64,000 bases of DNA from an uncultured Planctomycetia bacterium (GTDB lineage Bacteria > Omnitrophota > Gorgyraeia > CAYVEO01): NCBI GenBank assembly GCA_964449965.1, contig CAYVEO010000001.1, forward strand, positions 15,189-79,188, in the 5' to 3' direction. The notes under the pieces were generated by a model that saw nothing but the letters and a program-made list of their open reading frames with translations, was not told the DNA's origin and searched no databases. A program made the position numbers and the translations under genes. Below, in pieces: positions 35,769 through 47,362 of this stretch. Each line of letters begins with the position of its first letter. Within the stretch, counting starts at the first letter, position 1.

Positions 35769-37277
35769 TCACGTTACAGGATGTTTGTCAATTATCTTTA
35801 TGTCCTCAATATGGCAGTTGATGTCAGGGCGGACCATAATCTTTGCTCCAAAGATATTCTCAAGGCTCCTTAAATGCTCCCTGTCCTCATTCAATATGCG
35901 GGATGCGATATTGGGATGCACTGAGACTTCTGCCGCCTTTTTGCCTGTATCTTTAAGATATTTCTTTACCTGCCGTAAGGCGAGTATAGACATAGTAATC
36001 TGAGACTTAACCTTGCCCCTTCCTTCGCAATACCAGCAGTCTTCATAAGAGACGCTCTCTAAGCTCTGTCTCATCCTCTGCCTCGTCATCTCTACTGTTC
36101 CAAAATTGGAGAACGGCATCAAATTTGTCTTTGCCCTGTCAGACTTCAATGCATCTTCAATAACGTTGAATACCTTCGTCCTGTTACCCGGATTTTCCAT
36201 GTCTATAAAATCTATAACGATAATCCCACCTAAGTCCCTTAACTTCAACTGCCTTGCTATCTCTTTTGCAGCCTCTAAATTGGTATGGAGAACGGTCTCT
36301 TCTAAACTCCTCCTCCCCACAAATCTCCCGGTATTTACGTCAATGGCAATCAAACTCTCTGTAGGCTCTATGACTATATGGCCGCCGCTCTTTAAGAATA
36401 TCTTTCTCTCATATATCTTCTCTATGTCTCTCTCTATATTATACTTCTCAAAAAGTGCTACCTGTCCCTGGTATAATTCTATCCTGTTTTTTAAATGCGG
36501 CGCCAGGGAATTTATAAAATGAATCACCTTAACTATCTCATCCTTTGAGTCTATAATTAACTTACCTACCTCTTCCGTAAAATAATCCCGAACGATTCTC
36601 AGCATAAGGTCATACTCCTCATGGACAAGAGACGGGGCAGATTGTTTTTCGGAGTTTATCTTTATCTTTCTCCAGAGTTTTAATAGATATCTAATGTCCC
36701 TTATCATCTCCCGCTTGCCATGCCCTGTCATTGCAGTCCTCAGGATAATGCCCATGCCTTTGGGAAGACCTATGGTCTTCATTATGCCTTTGAGTCTCTC
36801 CCTTTCTTTTACGTCTTCTATCCGTTTGGAGATGCCGCTCTTTTCTTCGGTTGGCATAAGGACAAGGTATCTGCCGGGAAGGCTGACCTGAGTAGTAAGC
36901 CTTGCCCCTTTTGTCCCTATCGGCTCTTTTATTACCTGAACTATCACATCCGCACCCTTCTTCAGGATATTCTGGATTAAATGCTCGCCCCGTCTATCAT
37001 CTTTCCTATGAGACGCCTTAGAAGGAATTACTTCCTCATAGTCAACAACAGGTTCAATGATGTCGCTCACGTATAAAAACCCGTGTTTCTCCAACCCTAT
37101 GTTAACAAATGCAGCCTGTATACCGGGCACTATGGATTCTACCCTGCCTTTATAAATATTTCCTACAATCTTTTGATAGCCTGTCCTTTCAATGTAAAAT
37201 TCTTCCAGGACACTATCTTCTAAGATTGCCACACGTTTTTCTAATTCTTCAACATTTATCAATATCTCTTTCAACAT
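35769..37277 (-). CDS. rng: ribonuclease G/E family endoribonuclease
   Basis: S1 domain (GNIYKGRVESIVPGIQAAFVNIG), DNase I-like catalytic core, C-terminal zinc link (CWYCEGRG). Confidence 0.8.
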   Translation of the reverse strand: MLKEILINVEELEKRVAILEDSVLEEFYIERTGYQKIVGNIYKGRVESIVPGIQAAFVNIGLEKHGFLYVSDIIEPVVDYEEVIPSKASHRKDDRRGEHLIQNILKKGADVIVQVIKEPIGTKGARLTTQVSLPGRYLVLMPTEEKSGISKRIEDVKERERLKGIMKTIGLPKGMGIILRTAMTGHGKREMIRDIRYLLKLWRKIKINSEKQSAPSLVHEEYDLMLRIVRDYFTEEVGKLIIDSKDEIVKVIHFINSLAPHLKNRIELYQGQVALFEKYNIERDIEKIYERKIFLKSGGHIVIEPTESLIAIDVNTGRFVGRRSLEETVLHTNLEAAKEIARQLKLRDLGGIIVIDFIDMENPGNRTKVFNVIEDALKSDRAKTNLMPFSNFGTVEMTRQRMRQSLESVSYEDCWYCEGRGKVKSQITMSILALRQVKKYLKDTGKKAAEVSVHPNIASRILNEDREHLRSLENIFGAKIMVRPDINCHIEDIKIIDKHPVT

Positions 37278-37285
37278 AATTACTC

Positions 37286-37582
37286 CTATTTTATAACCTC
37301 TCTTATCTCTATCCCTTTTGGCAGATTAGCCTGTAATTCAGCCTTGAATTGAGCAGGGTCAATTTCTTCCTTCAGGACAAATTCTGCCCATTCCGACTCA
37401 CTCTCCACCCCTAATTTAATCGCCCGGTCAAAATAGATTAAGGGATGAGGATTAAACCCTTTTGAAAAATCTATCGGAATCCCTGAGCGGCGCAGTGCCC
37501 TCTGGAAAAGCCTGAGAAGGTCAAGATGTGATATAAACCTCATCAGCCCTGATTTCGTAAATTTAATCCTCAAGGTTTCCAA
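37286..37582 (-). CDS. DUF2344/TIGR03936-like small protein commonly encoded upstream of rng
   Basis: 98 aa. MRFISHLDLLRLFQRALRRSGIP pattern. Positional conservation next to rng. Confidence 0.4.
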   Translation of the reverse strand: METLRIKFTKSGLMRFISHLDLLRLFQRALRRSGIPIDFSKGFNPHPLIYFDRAIKLGVESESEWAEFVLKEEIDPAQFKAELQANLPKGIEIREVIK

Positions 37583-38287
37583 TCACTCACCCAGATATGC
37601 CTTCTTGACCATCTCATTGGTCAGGAGTTCATTCGCAATTCCGGAAAGGACTATTCTGCCTGTTTCAAGTATATACCCTCTATCGGCTATCTTAAGTGCC
37701 ATATGGACGTTCTGTTCAACTAATAGTATTGTAGCACCACGGACTTTAAGGGTCTTGAGACAATTGAAGATAGTTCCAACAAGCATAGGGGCAAGTCCTA
37801 ATGAAGGTTCATCCAGAAGCAATAATTTAGGCCTTGCCATCAATGCCCTGCCTATTGCCAGCATCTGCTGTTCGCCGCCGCTAAGCGTCCCTGCAATCTG
37901 CCGGGCCCTTTCTGTAAGAATAGGGAAAAGAGAGAAAACCTCTTCCTTATCTTTTGCAATCTCCTGTTTGTTGGTTCTTGCAAATCCCCCCATCTCCAGA
38001 TTCTCCATGACGGTAAGTTTTGGAAATACCCTGCGCCCTTCCGGAACCTGGGATATGCCTTTCCTGACTATAATATGCGGAGGAAGTTTACCTATATCCT
38101 CTCCACGAAATTCTATCTTGCCTCCGGACGGTTTGACTAACCCCGATATTGTCATCAGGGTAGTGCTCTTACCTGCCCCATTGGCGCCAAGCAGGGTTAC
38201 AATCTCTCCTTCCTTAACCTCTAATGATATTCCTTTTAGGCATTCTATATTCCCGTAATGGGCATGAAGGTCTATCAATCTGAGCAT
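37583..38287 (-). CDS. livF: branched-chain amino acid ABC transporter ATP-binding protein LivF-type
   Basis: Walker A GANGAGKST, signature LSGGEQQMLAIGRAL, Walker B LLLLDEPS. Confidence 0.8.
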   Translation of the reverse strand: MLRLIDLHAHYGNIECLKGISLEVKEGEIVTLLGANGAGKSTTLMTISGLVKPSGGKIEFRGEDIGKLPPHIIVRKGISQVPEGRRVFPKLTVMENLEMGGFARTNKQEIAKDKEEVFSLFPILTERARQIAGTLSGGEQQMLAIGRALMARPKLLLLDEPSLGLAPMLVGTIFNCLKTLKVRGATILLVEQNVHMALKIADRGYILETGRIVLSGIANELLTNEMVKKAYLGE

Positions 38288-38290
38288 AAA

Positions 38291-39058
38291 TTAATGTCCC
38301 TTCCCAATGTATGCCTCTATGACCTTCTCATCATTCTGAATCTCTACTGGGGTGCCCTCGGCTATCTTTACGCCATAATCCAGGACCACTACTCTCTCTG
38401 AAATAGGCATAACTATCTTCATATCGTGTTCAATCAACAGGACTGTAATATTCTTTTTTCTTATCCTGTCTATAAGATGCAGGAACTCTTTTTTTTCTAC
38501 CGGGTTCATGCCTGCCGCAGGTTCGTCCAGCAGCAAGAGCTGCGGCTCTGTAGCAAGCGCCCTTGCCACCTCAAGTTTCCTCTGGATTCCATATGGCAAA
38601 TTCATTGCAAGTTCGTTTGCTTCATCGGCAATACCTGTAAATTGAAGAAGTTCTATTGCGTGCTTCTCAATCCTTTTCTCTTCCTCTCTCACCCATCCTG
38701 ACCGCATGACCGCACCCCATAGTCCCGCCTTTGTTCTCGGATGTGCCCCAACCATTACGTTCTCTAAAGCGGTCATGTTTGCAAACAGGCGTATATTCTG
38801 AAATGTCCTGGCAATGCCTCTACTTGTGATTTCATGGGGTTTAAGCCCATTCAATCTTTCCCTGTAATCACCGAAGAATATGGAGCCTTTATCAGGTTCA
38901 TAGATGCCGGTAACACAGTTAAATAACGTTGTTTTACCTGCACCATTCGGACCTATAATCCCAACGATTTCGCCTCTTTCTACTGAGAAGGTTACGTCTT
39001 CTATCGCCTGGACTCCGCCAAAATGTTTATTCAACCCCGATATTTCCAGAATCGCCAT
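38291..39058 (-). CDS. livG: branched-chain amino acid ABC transporter ATP-binding protein LivG-type
   Basis: [12 protein letters not shown]. LivG-type insertions. Confidence 0.8.
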   Translation of the reverse strand: MAILEISGLNKHFGGVQAIEDVTFSVERGEIVGIIGPNGAGKTTLFNCVTGIYEPDKGSIFFGDYRERLNGLKPHEITSRGIARTFQNIRLFANMTALENVMVGAHPRTKAGLWGAVMRSGWVREEEKRIEKHAIELLQFTGIADEANELAMNLPYGIQRKLEVARALATEPQLLLLDEPAAGMNPVEKKEFLHLIDRIRKKNITVLLIEHDMKIVMPISERVVVLDYGVKIAEGTPVEIQNDEKVIEAYIGKGH

Positions 39059-39067
39059 TTCCGTGTA

Positions 39068-40159
39068 TTACTCACCCAATATCTTACGGTCTTCGTCCAG
39101 ATAGATCCCTTTCATGTTCATCTTTAGCCCCTCAGGGTTGGCAGACTTGGACAATGCATCTTCAAGCATTATCAACTTATTATTTATAAGTTTTGCCAGA
39201 GACATGTTGAATGTCTGCATTCCATCCTCTGTGCCGCTCTGCATCGCTGCCACGAGTTTGCCTATTCTATTCTCCCTTATCAATTTTGCTACTGCAGGGG
39301 TAAGCATTAATACCTCAACCGCTGGTATTAAACCATTACCTGAGGCGCGGGGTATCAATCTCTGGCATATGACAGCCTTCAGGTTCAATGCCAACTGCAT
39401 CCTTACCTGCTGATGTTGTGTCTGGGGGAAAAAATCCAGTATCCTGTCTATTACCTGTGTGACATCAGTAGAATGGAGTGTGCTGAATACCAGATGCCCG
39501 GTCTCTGAGGCAGACATGGCAGCCATGAAGGTTTCCTCGTCCCGCATCTCGCCTATCAGTATAATGTCAGGGTCCTGCCTTATAACATGGCGTAACGCTA
39601 TACCAAAAGAATCCGTATCTAAACCTACCTCCCGCTGGTTAATAAGGGACATTTTATCATTGTGTAAATATTCTATCGGGTCTTCTATGGTCATGATGTG
39701 ACGCTTCTTATTGGAATTTATATAATCAACCATAGCAGACATCGTAGTAGACTTGCCGCTGGAACTCGTCCCTGTAACTAAGACTATGCCCCTTTCAGAC
39801 AGGGCTATATTCCTAAGCACAGGCGGAAGACCTAACTCTTCAAAGGATGGGATATCCTCTCGTATCCTCCTCATAACTATACCGATTTCGCCTTTCTGCC
39901 TGAATATATTGGTGCGAAATCTCCCTCTCCCGGGTAGGACATAAGCGAAATCTATCTCTTTTTTCTTTTCAAACTGGTCCTTCTGGTATTCATTCATCAA
40001 GAGATATGCCGTTTCCCTTATCCCTTCTCCCGAAATACGAGGGAGGTCTTGTCCAACAAGTTCTCTTCTAATCCTCAAGACAGGCGGACTGCCTACCTTG
40101 AGATGAAGGTCAGAGGCGTCTTTCTCAATCATTGCCTTAAGTAATTCTTTAATGTCCAT
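39068..40159 (-). CDS. pilT: type IV pilus retraction ATPase PilT
   Basis: [23 protein letters not shown] Walker A, Asp box and His box of the PilT/GspE family. 363 aa. Confidence 0.8.
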   Translation of the reverse strand: MDIKELLKAMIEKDASDLHLKVGSPPVLRIRRELVGQDLPRISGEGIRETAYLLMNEYQKDQFEKKKEIDFAYVLPGRGRFRTNIFRQKGEIGIVMRRIREDIPSFEELGLPPVLRNIALSERGIVLVTGTSSSGKSTTMSAMVDYINSNKKRHIMTIEDPIEYLHNDKMSLINQREVGLDTDSFGIALRHVIRQDPDIILIGEMRDEETFMAAMSASETGHLVFSTLHSTDVTQVIDRILDFFPQTQHQQVRMQLALNLKAVICQRLIPRASGNGLIPAVEVLMLTPAVAKLIRENRIGKLVAAMQSGTEDGMQTFNMSLAKLINNKLIMLEDALSKSANPEGLKMNMKGIYLDEDRKILGE

Positions 40160-41021
40160 CTAATCCCTTTAATATCCCAAACCAGTTCTTCACACAAACC
40201 CTTGTAGATTCCTCCCCTGCTTCAGAGAATGCAGGACCAGCAGGTCTGTTTAATAATTCCGTAGAAAGTCCCTTGCTTACCCGCCAATGCGTCTCAAGCG
40301 AGATATAGCCATCGTATTCATCCTCAAGTAATCTTCTGAGATGTTCTTTATAATCTATGACGCCTTCCCCTACAGCCACACACTCTACCTCACCCTTTTT
40401 ATTCTTCTTTGCATCCTTCAGGTGCATGTGGACCATATCTTCTTTTATAGCCTCATAGCCTTGAGGAAATGGATTATATCCGCCATTGGCAAATACCTCA
40501 TTACACGGGTCCCATATAGCCTTGACATTTTTTGAGTTGAGTCTCTTCAGGAGTCTATTCACCTCGTCTCCTGTCCCTAAAAAACAACTGTGCTCATTCT
40601 CAATGCCGAGTATTATCCCTTCTGATTCAGCAATCTGGACAGGCTGAGCAAACCTATCAATCATCTTTTCCCAATATTTATCCAGACCTTCTTTCTTCCA
40701 GAACGTAAATCCTCTGACAATCCTTGTCCCCAGTTGATTCGCAAGTCTTATACACTTACCCAGTATTTCCAGATGCTGGACGTATTCCTCATTGTTATCT
40801 ATATCGCATTTAAAAAATGGCGCGGCAATAGCGCATATCTTTAAACCATTGTCTTTCAGAACCTTCTTTATCCTTTCTATATCATCATTATTCAGGTCCT
40901 GCGGGGACTTATTCCATGTGCTCCTTATCTCTATGCTGTCAAGTCCCAGCTCCTTTGCAACCGCTGCCACCCTCTCAAAATCCTGCGATATCTCATCCCC
41001 TATCACACCTGTCTTAAACAT
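40149..41021 (-). CDS. sugar phosphate isomerase/epimerase (xylose isomerase-like TIM barrel)
   Basis: 290 aa. AP-endonuclease-2/xylose-isomerase-like TIM barrel with conserved His/Glu metal ligands. Confidence 0.55.
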   Translation of the reverse strand: MFKTGVIGDEISQDFERVAAVAKELGLDSIEIRSTWNKSPQDLNNDDIERIKKVLKDNGLKICAIAAPFFKCDIDNNEEYVQHLEILGKCIRLANQLGTRIVRGFTFWKKEGLDKYWEKMIDRFAQPVQIAESEGIILGIENEHSCFLGTGDEVNRLLKRLNSKNVKAIWDPCNEVFANGGYNPFPQGYEAIKEDMVHMHLKDAKKNKKGEVECVAVGEGVIDYKEHLRRLLEDEYDGYISLETHWRVSKGLSTELLNRPAGPAFSEAGEESTRVCVKNWFGILKGLDGH

Positions 41022-41022
41022 A

Positions 41023-41424
41023 TTATTTTGCCCAGTTTTCCGTTTTTAATCCAGGAACTCTTTTAAATTCGCTTTCATTATTAGTTATTAATATCAAATT
41101 TATAGATACGGCATGAGCCGCAATTAACATATCTAATGACCCAATAATAGTTCCCTTTTTCTCTAATTCTGATCTTATTATTCCATATTTTTGTGCTGCA
41201 AGGTCATTATAGTCATAAATTTCAATCGGAGATAAAAACTCTAACAATGCTATTCTATTTTTTTGAGGAAATTTGCTTTTTTCAACCCCGTATTCCAATT
41301 CACTTAAAGTGATTGAAGATATTCCTATATCTGAGATGTTCATCCGGGTTAATTTATGCAGAAGACGCAGTGGCTTTTTCTTAATAATATAAATACATAT
41401 GTCAGTATCAAATAAGTATTTCAT
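41023..41424 (-). CDS. vapC: PIN-domain toxin VapC
   Basis: MKYLFDTDICIYIIKKKP. PIN acidic residues. Confidence 0.8.
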   Translation of the reverse strand: MKYLFDTDICIYIIKKKPLRLLHKLTRMNISDIGISSITLSELEYGVEKSKFPQKNRIALLEFLSPIEIYDYNDLAAQKYGIIRSELEKKGTIIGSLDMLIAAHAVSINLILITNNESEFKRVPGLKTENWAK

Positions 41425-41651
41425 CAGAATAATTTTCTTTTCTTGTCCTTGGGTTGATTCCTTTCTGCCATAAAGTCTTCTGTGAATTTATCCAGACTAT
41501 CAATCACGCTTGTCCATGGACTCTCTTTGGGTATTAGCATTATAACACTATCTATTTTGTTTATATATACCTCCTTAGTATTGAATCTGAAATCTTTTGG
41601 TAAGCGAACTGCCTGACTTCGTCCATTCGCAAACACTTTTGCCGTATTCAT
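41424..41651 (-). CDS. vapB: AbrB/MazE-family antitoxin VapB
   Basis: MNTAKVFANGRSQAVRLPKDFRF swapped-hairpin fold. 1-nt overlap with vapC. Confidence 0.7.
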   Translation of the reverse strand: MNTAKVFANGRSQAVRLPKDFRFNTKEVYINKIDSVIMLIPKESPWTSVIDSLDKFTEDFMAERNQPKDKKRKLF

Positions 41652-41659
41652 TTTGCCTC

Positions 41660-41711
41660 CTTTCTCAAATAAAAGTTATGATATATATTATGATATATAT
41701 CTTGACACTTG
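41660..41711 (-). promoter_or_regulatory. vapBC promoter/operator: palindrome CTTGACA-N2-TGTCAAG overlapping a -35, plus direct repeats TTATGATATATAT x2
   Basis: The perfect 7-2-7 inverted repeat contains TTGACA, about 18 nt from ATAATA on the minus strand. Confidence 0.5.
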
Positions 41712-42140
41712 TCAAGGACTTTTTGTGGGTTCAGCCGGTTTTCCCTCTGGTTTTTCTGCAGCGGGTTGGGGTTCTGCTGTTTTTTCAACCTCCATGGCTT
41801 TTTCTTCCACTACAGGAACGTTACTGTCCTTAGCCGGTACACTATTTCCCTCTGTACTGCTTTTAACAGGTGCACTTTTTTCTCCTATTGGTGCGACCTT
41901 TACTATAGACCTTGTCTTCTGTGTAGAAAGCCATCCTAATAAAAGGCAAGAGACTATGAATAATACCGCAAATACTGCGGTAGCCCTCGTCAGCCATGTC
42001 CCTGCCCTTGAGCCGAGAATGGTCTGTGCAGCGCTCCCGCCGAACGTCTCGGTAAGCCCCTCTCCTTTACTGGGCTGTATAAGTATTATCAGCACCAATA
42101 ATATACATACCAACAAATGAAACAACATCAAAAATATCAT
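41712..42140 (-). CDS. secG: preprotein translocase subunit SecG (with extended Pro/Glu/Lys-rich C-terminus)
   Basis: LVLIILIQPSKGEGL...GGS motif. Two TM helices. Position after tpiA. Confidence 0.7.
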   Translation of the reverse strand: MIFLMLFHLLVCILLVLIILIQPSKGEGLTETFGGSAAQTILGSRAGTWLTRATAVFAVLFIVSCLLLGWLSTQKTRSIVKVAPIGEKSAPVKSSTEGNSVPAKDSNVPVVEEKAMEVEKTAEPQPAAEKPEGKPAEPTKSP

Positions 42141-42141
42141 A

Positions 42142-42942
42142 TCATGCCCCTCCTTTCACTATCTGAACAAACGACTCTAACTTAAGACTTGCACCGCCAA
42201 CCAATGCACCGTCAATGTCTTTTTCTTTCATTAAATCCTCTATATTGTCAGGCTTGACGCTACCGCCGTATTGTATCCTTATAAGTCCGGAAACCTCTTC
42301 ATTATACATATTAGATATGAGTTTCCTGATAAAGGAATGAACCTCCTGCGCCTGCTCCGGTGCAGCTGTCCTTCCGGTCCCTATAGCCCATACAGGTTCG
42401 TAGGCTATTACAATCTTTACAATCTCTTCCTTGCTTATTCCTGATAATCCTTTTTTCATCTGTCTCTCTATGACTTTAAACGTCTCGCCCTTTTCCCTCT
42501 CACTCAAGGATTCCCCTGCACAGATTATGGGAATTAATCCGCATGTGAGCGCAGCCCTCGCCTTCCTGTTTACCATATCATCGGTCTCGTCAAATAACGT
42601 CCGCCGCTCTGAATGGCCTACAATGACGAACCTCGCACCTGCATCCTTTATCATATCACCAGATACCTCACCTGTCCAGGCGCCTTCTCTTTCCCAGTAC
42701 ATATCCTGTGCCCCTGAGTCTATATTGGACCCCTTGACTATTTTATTTACCTCATAGAGGGCAGTAAAAGGAGGGCATAGAACTATATCAATGTGAGACA
42801 CATTATACAATTCCCTGCGTAAGCCCTTTGCTAATTCAACTGCCTCTCCTATGGTCTTGTTCATTTTCCAATTTCCAGCAATTATTCGCCTGCGCATTAT
42901 TACCTCCCGAGAAAATTGGGACGGTTCTATTTTTTGCAGCAA
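42142..42942 (-). CDS. tpiA: triosephosphate isomerase
   Basis: IAGNWKMN, VGHSERR, IAYEPVWAIGTG. Confidence 0.9.
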   Translation of the reverse strand: MLQKIEPSQFSREVIMRRRIIAGNWKMNKTIGEAVELAKGLRRELYNVSHIDIVLCPPFTALYEVNKIVKGSNIDSGAQDMYWEREGAWTGEVSGDMIKDAGARFVIVGHSERRTLFDETDDMVNRKARAALTCGLIPIICAGESLSEREKGETFKVIERQMKKGLSGISKEEIVKIVIAYEPVWAIGTGRTAAPEQAQEVHSFIRKLISNMYNEEVSGLIRIQYGGSVKPDNIEDLMKEKDIDGALVGGASLKLESFVQIVKGGA

Positions 42943-44129
42943 AAAATAGAACCGTCCCTTAACGCTGCTATTCCCGGCAGTTCTTTACCTTCCAGGAATT
43001 CTAATGACGCCCCGCCGCCTGTAGAGACGTGTGATACCTTGTTCTCCAATCCAAATTGTGAAAAGGCACTCGCGGTATCACCCCCGCCTATTACGGTCAC
43101 CGCATCCAGCCCCGTTATAAATTCCGCCACTTCCCTCGTCCCCTTGCTGAAAGGTTCAATTTCAAATACACCTAACGGGCCATTCCACAGGATAGTTTGT
43201 GCATCTCCAAGCGCCCTTTTAAATAGATGGACTGTCTCAGGGCCTATATCTACACCAAGCATATCTTCCGGAATATCTCCAGAGACTATCATGGACTCTG
43301 CTTTTTTATCCAGTTCCCTGACTACCACATGGTCAGTTGGTAATATAAGTTCACCCCCCATATTGGTTACCTTGGTTAATAAATCCTTTGCGTATTCTAT
43401 CCTGTCCTTTTCTAATTTTGATTTACCTATCCTTTCACCTCTGGCTGCCAGGAACGTATAAGCCATGCCGCCGCCTATAAGGAACTTATCCACTTTATCA
43501 AGGAGGTGTTCTATAACGCCTATCTTATCTGATACCTTTGCCCCGCCTAAAATAACCGCAAATGGTTTCCGTGGAGAATCAATTGTCTTCTGTAGATATC
43601 CTATTTCTTTCTCCATTAAAAACCCGCCTACGGCAGGCAGGAATCCAGCGACCCCGCACGTTGATGCATGGGCACGATGGGCTGTGCCAAAAGCATCATT
43701 TACGAATATATCACCAAGGAGTGAGAGTTTCTTTGCAAAATCCCTTTCGTTTTTCTCCTCTTCCAGATGGAACCTGACATTCTCAAGTAACAGGACGTCC
43801 CCGTCCTTCATCTTCCGGACAGCATCCTCTACCTCCTTACCCACGCAATCAGATGTGTACGTAACTCTTTTATTAAGCAGTTCCTCTAATCTCAGGGCAA
43901 TAGGCTTTAGCCTCAATCCTTCTACTACCTTGCCATCGGGTCTGCCCAGATGGCTCATCAAGATAACCTTTGCCCCTTTATCTAATGCATATTGGATAGT
44001 TGGCAGTGCTGACTTTATTCTCGTGTCATCGGTAATCTTAAGTTCCTTATCCATTGGAACATTAAAATCAACCCTCATTAATAAACGTTTGCCTTTTATA
44101 TCTACATCTTTTATGGTCTTTTTGTTCAT
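42927..44129 (-). CDS. pgk: phosphoglycerate kinase
   Basis: [23 protein letters not shown]. Confidence 0.9.
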   Translation of the reverse strand: MNKKTIKDVDIKGKRLLMRVDFNVPMDKELKITDDTRIKSALPTIQYALDKGAKVILMSHLGRPDGKVVEGLRLKPIALRLEELLNKRVTYTSDCVGKEVEDAVRKMKDGDVLLLENVRFHLEEEKNERDFAKKLSLLGDIFVNDAFGTAHRAHASTCGVAGFLPAVGGFLMEKEIGYLQKTIDSPRKPFAVILGGAKVSDKIGVIEHLLDKVDKFLIGGGMAYTFLAARGERIGKSKLEKDRIEYAKDLLTKVTNMGGELILPTDHVVVRELDKKAESMIVSGDIPEDMLGVDIGPETVHLFKRALGDAQTILWNGPLGVFEIEPFSKGTREVAEFITGLDAVTVIGGGDTASAFSQFGLENKVSHVSTGGGASLEFLEGKELPGIAALRDGSIFCCKK

Positions 44130-45136
44130 AACCCCTTACCTGCAAGAAAATTTATCAAATCTACGACACGTGAGGAATATCCCCACTCATTATCGTACCA
44201 GCCAAGGACCTTAACAAGCCGCTTATCTACAACGTACGTCAATTCTGCGTCAAATATGCAGGATTTTGGATTACCATTGAAGTCATGAGAGACCAATGGC
44301 TTATCGCAATATTCCATAATATGGCTTAAACTCCCCGTAGCAGCCTTCTTAAACACCCCCTTTACCTCATCTACAGTAGTATCTTTCTCCACATCACATA
44401 CAAGGTCAACTAAAGATACATTGGGGGTAGGCACACGAATAGACAATCCATCCAATTTTCCTTTAAGCTGGGGCAAAACTAATGCCACTGCCTTTGCCGC
44501 TCCGGTAGTAGTGGGAATCATGGACAGTGCTGCCGCCCTCGCCCTTCTCAAATCCTTATGGACAAGGTCAAGCACCCTCTGGTCATTCGTATAGGAATGA
44601 ATCGTAGTCATTAAACCCCTGACTATGCCAAAATTCTCTAATATAATCTTTGCCATAGGTGCAACGCAATTCGTGGTGCAGGAGGCATTGGAGATGACAT
44701 TGTGTCTTTTGGGGTCATATGCGTTATCATTTACACCCAATACTATGGTTATATCCTCATTCTTTGCCGGGGCAGATATTATGACCTTCTTTGCACCTGA
44801 ATTTATATGTCCTATTGCCTTATCTTTGTCAGTAAATACACCTGTAGATTCTACCACTATCTGGACGCCCAAATCCTTCCATGGTATCTCTGCAGGGGAT
44901 TTATAATTCAGGATTTTTATCTCTTTGCCATGGACCACTAAGGAATTATCCTTTGCCTCTACCGTAGCATCCAGTTCCCCTAATATGGAATCATACTTTA
45001 ATAGATAAGCGAGCGTTGCCGGCGGGGTTGGCAAATCGTTGACTGCTATGAAGTCTATGTTTTTGTTGTTCAAACCTGCCCTGAATACATTCCTCCCTAT
45101 CCTTCCAAATCCGTTTATCCCAACTTTCACTGCCAT
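44126..45136 (-). CDS. gap: glyceraldehyde-3-phosphate dehydrogenase
   Basis: [26 protein letters not shown] catalytic Cys. Confidence 0.9.
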   Translation of the reverse strand: MAVKVGINGFGRIGRNVFRAGLNNKNIDFIAVNDLPTPPATLAYLLKYDSILGELDATVEAKDNSLVVHGKEIKILNYKSPAEIPWKDLGVQIVVESTGVFTDKDKAIGHINSGAKKVIISAPAKNEDITIVLGVNDNAYDPKRHNVISNASCTTNCVAPMAKIILENFGIVRGLMTTIHSYTNDQRVLDLVHKDLRRARAAALSMIPTTTGAAKAVALVLPQLKGKLDGLSIRVPTPNVSLVDLVCDVEKDTTVDEVKGVFKKAATGSLSHIMEYCDKPLVSHDFNGNPKSCIFDAELTYVVDKRLVKVLGWYDNEWGYSSRVVDLINFLAGKGL

Positions 45137-45137
45137 C

Positions 45138-47360
45138 TTACTCTTCCTCCTTTTTAAATGTCATTGAACTCACACCTGTATTCCCTGCCTCATCCATTAC
45201 CTTCACACTGACTGTATTCTCACCCTCTTCAACTTTTTCTAAGATAATAGAGAACCTCTCAGATTTGGAATCAAATATTCCATCATCAGGTCCAAACGTC
45301 CGCCATTCCTCATTGTTCAGACAATATTCCCCTTGGACAATTATACTCATATTATCCAAAGCTGCGCCATTTATATGGACTCTCCCTTCTTTAGAAGGTT
45401 CTGCGTCCCTGAGCATTACCTGGGGCGGAGTATTATCAATAATAAGTTCTTCGGATATCTTCTCAACCTGCAAGGCATTATCCTGGATATTGGAAGGGCG
45501 GTCGCTTGCTGTTACCTTTATAAGATACACTCCATCGGGAAATTTCACAGTATCCATAGAATAAGGCATGGTTTTTACCCCCTTTTCCAATTCCTTCCAT
45601 TTTTCATCCTTTATGTTTTTATAATAAAGGTCGTATATCAACGTATCGTTATTCGGGTCAGTGGCAGACCATGTAATATTGCGTTCCTTAGATAATACAT
45701 ACCTTCTCGGACTCTGAAGATTGCCGGGAACTGCTTTCCCTTCAGATTGCTGAGAATCTTGTGGGACTTTCCCATCTGGTTCCGGCTTGCTTAAGGAAGG
45801 CGGCTGGTTCTTGGTAAGGTATATAAGTCTCACCTCTCTCAAGAGCGGCGTCCAATTCCCATCTTGTGTCCGGAGATTAGTGCGGAATTGTCCAAACCTT
45901 GCACCAGGGCTTGTTATATTAGAGCCTTTCGGGTCATTATATTCTTCTGACCAATCACTCCATAGTTCACCGGGTTCATCTGTGTTGCCAGTCCGTGTCT
46001 GGACTGTTATAGATGTTTTATCCGGTAAATCAGCATCCCATTCCACCTTACCCCATGCAGAAAGAAACTGCCCGTCATGGACAGATGACGTATATGTCCC
46101 GCTAAGGGCATAACCTGTTAAAAGTTTGTGTATCCCGCCAGGATTCCCTGTCCCGAAATAAAGTTCCTTATTAAAAGGCAGTATTGAAAGCACCTCGTGA
46201 CTTTCTGAATCACAGAGTGTCACAATCTCTTCTCTAGGCGTTATTTTATATAGTATTCCCTTATCCCCGCTGCCTGCATAGATATTATCATCTTTATCTA
46301 CAGCGAGTGCAAGAAATCTAACAGGCACCTCAGTCTCTGCAACGGTCTTTGGTGGAGTTATAGGAGCAGGGGGAAATGAGATTGGACCGGTAACGGGCGG
46401 CGGCATAGAAGATATAATACTGGCTATCACGTCACTATCCACTGTCTCTGGAGAAATTCCTTCAGGATGAGGAAACTGTGGCTGTGCAGAAGGCGCCTGA
46501 GGAGGCATACCAAAGACTACCTTAACGTCTCCTTCTGTAGTTATCTTATATATCTTGGCAGAAGACGGCTTGGCATCGGCAAAGGGCGCCGCCCCTGGCA
46601 GCGTAGGTGAAGTAGCAGCATATATATTACCCTTGCTATCCAATGCCAATGCACGAACCTCTGGTTCAGAGGTATCATATATACAAAATACCTTATTCTC
46701 TTTTTGTGTAACCTTATACACCCTTCCTTCATTTCCGCTGCCGGCATATACATCTCCTTCACCATCCAATATTATGGAGAGAATATGAGGTTCAGAAGAG
46801 TCGGACAGGATTTTTGATTTACCATCAGGCGTGAGCCTTATAATCATTCCGCCATCACCTGTCCCTGCGTATAAGTTATCACCCTTATCTATGGCCAAAG
46901 CCCATATATAACTCTCTGATGAATCATAAAATACAGAACCAACGCCATCTGGAGTGACCTTGTATATTATGCCTTCCTTAGAAGTCCCTGCATATAGATT
47001 ACCTTTACTATCAACTACCATTGCATGAACACCAATCTGGTGTGAATCAAAGAATACCTTTGCCTCTTCATCTTTAGATTCTATCTTATAGATGACGCCA
47101 TTTGTGAGGCTACCTGCATAGATATTTCCCTTCCGGTCATTTACCAATGACCAGATATAAGGCTCTGAAGATGAAAATAAGACCTTATGCTGCGGCGAGA
47201 GCATAATAACCCCCTCACTCGTCCATGAGGCATTCTCTATCTTTCCGTTTTTAAAATCCGCCTCTGTAGATTCAGTCCATGTCTCAGGGCTGACTGCGTA
47301 AGAGGTAGAGGATAAAAATAAATAGAGCATGAAGAATATGATGCAACTAAAATTACGCAT
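45138..47360 (-). CDS. secreted beta-propeller repeat protein (YAG-x3-G-x-IYK blades) with C-terminal Ig/FN3-like region
   Basis: Signal peptide. At least 6 repeats of GN[IL]YAG[ST]xxxGxIYK[IV]. A Pro-rich linker. C-terminal beta-sandwich ([17 protein letters not shown]). Confidence 0.5.
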   Translation of the reverse strand: MRNFSCIIFFMLYLFLSSTSYAVSPETWTESTEADFKNGKIENASWTSEGVIMLSPQHKVLFSSSEPYIWSLVNDRKGNIYAGSLTNGVIYKIESKDEEAKVFFDSHQIGVHAMVVDSKGNLYAGTSKEGIIYKVTPDGVGSVFYDSSESYIWALAIDKGDNLYAGTGDGGMIIRLTPDGKSKILSDSSEPHILSIILDGEGDVYAGSGNEGRVYKVTQKENKVFCIYDTSEPEVRALALDSKGNIYAATSPTLPGAAPFADAKPSSAKIYKITTEGDVKVVFGMPPQAPSAQPQFPHPEGISPETVDSDVIASIISSMPPPVTGPISFPPAPITPPKTVAETEVPVRFLALAVDKDDNIYAGSGDKGILYKITPREEIVTLCDSESHEVLSILPFNKELYFGTGNPGGIHKLLTGYALSGTYTSSVHDGQFLSAWGKVEWDADLPDKTSITVQTRTGNTDEPGELWSDWSEEYNDPKGSNITSPGARFGQFRTNLRTQDGNWTPLLREVRLIYLTKNQPPSLSKPEPDGKVPQDSQQSEGKAVPGNLQSPRRYVLSKERNITWSATDPNNDTLIYDLYYKNIKDEKWKELEKGVKTMPYSMDTVKFPDGVYLIKVTASDRPSNIQDNALQVEKISEELIIDNTPPQVMLRDAEPSKEGRVHINGAALDNMSIIVQGEYCLNNEEWRTFGPDDGIFDSKSERFSIILEKVEEGENTVSVKVMDEAGNTGVSSMTFKKEEE

Positions 47361-47362
47361 AT

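Noticed and set aside
37605-38258. 217-aa plus-strand ORF
   Set aside because: Lies entirely inside livF on the opposite strand. The livF translation has Walker A, signature and Walker B motifs. Shadow ORF.
43465-44214. 249-aa plus-strand ORF
   Set aside because: Antisense to pgk, whose translation is unambiguous. Ser/Pro-rich nonsense composition.
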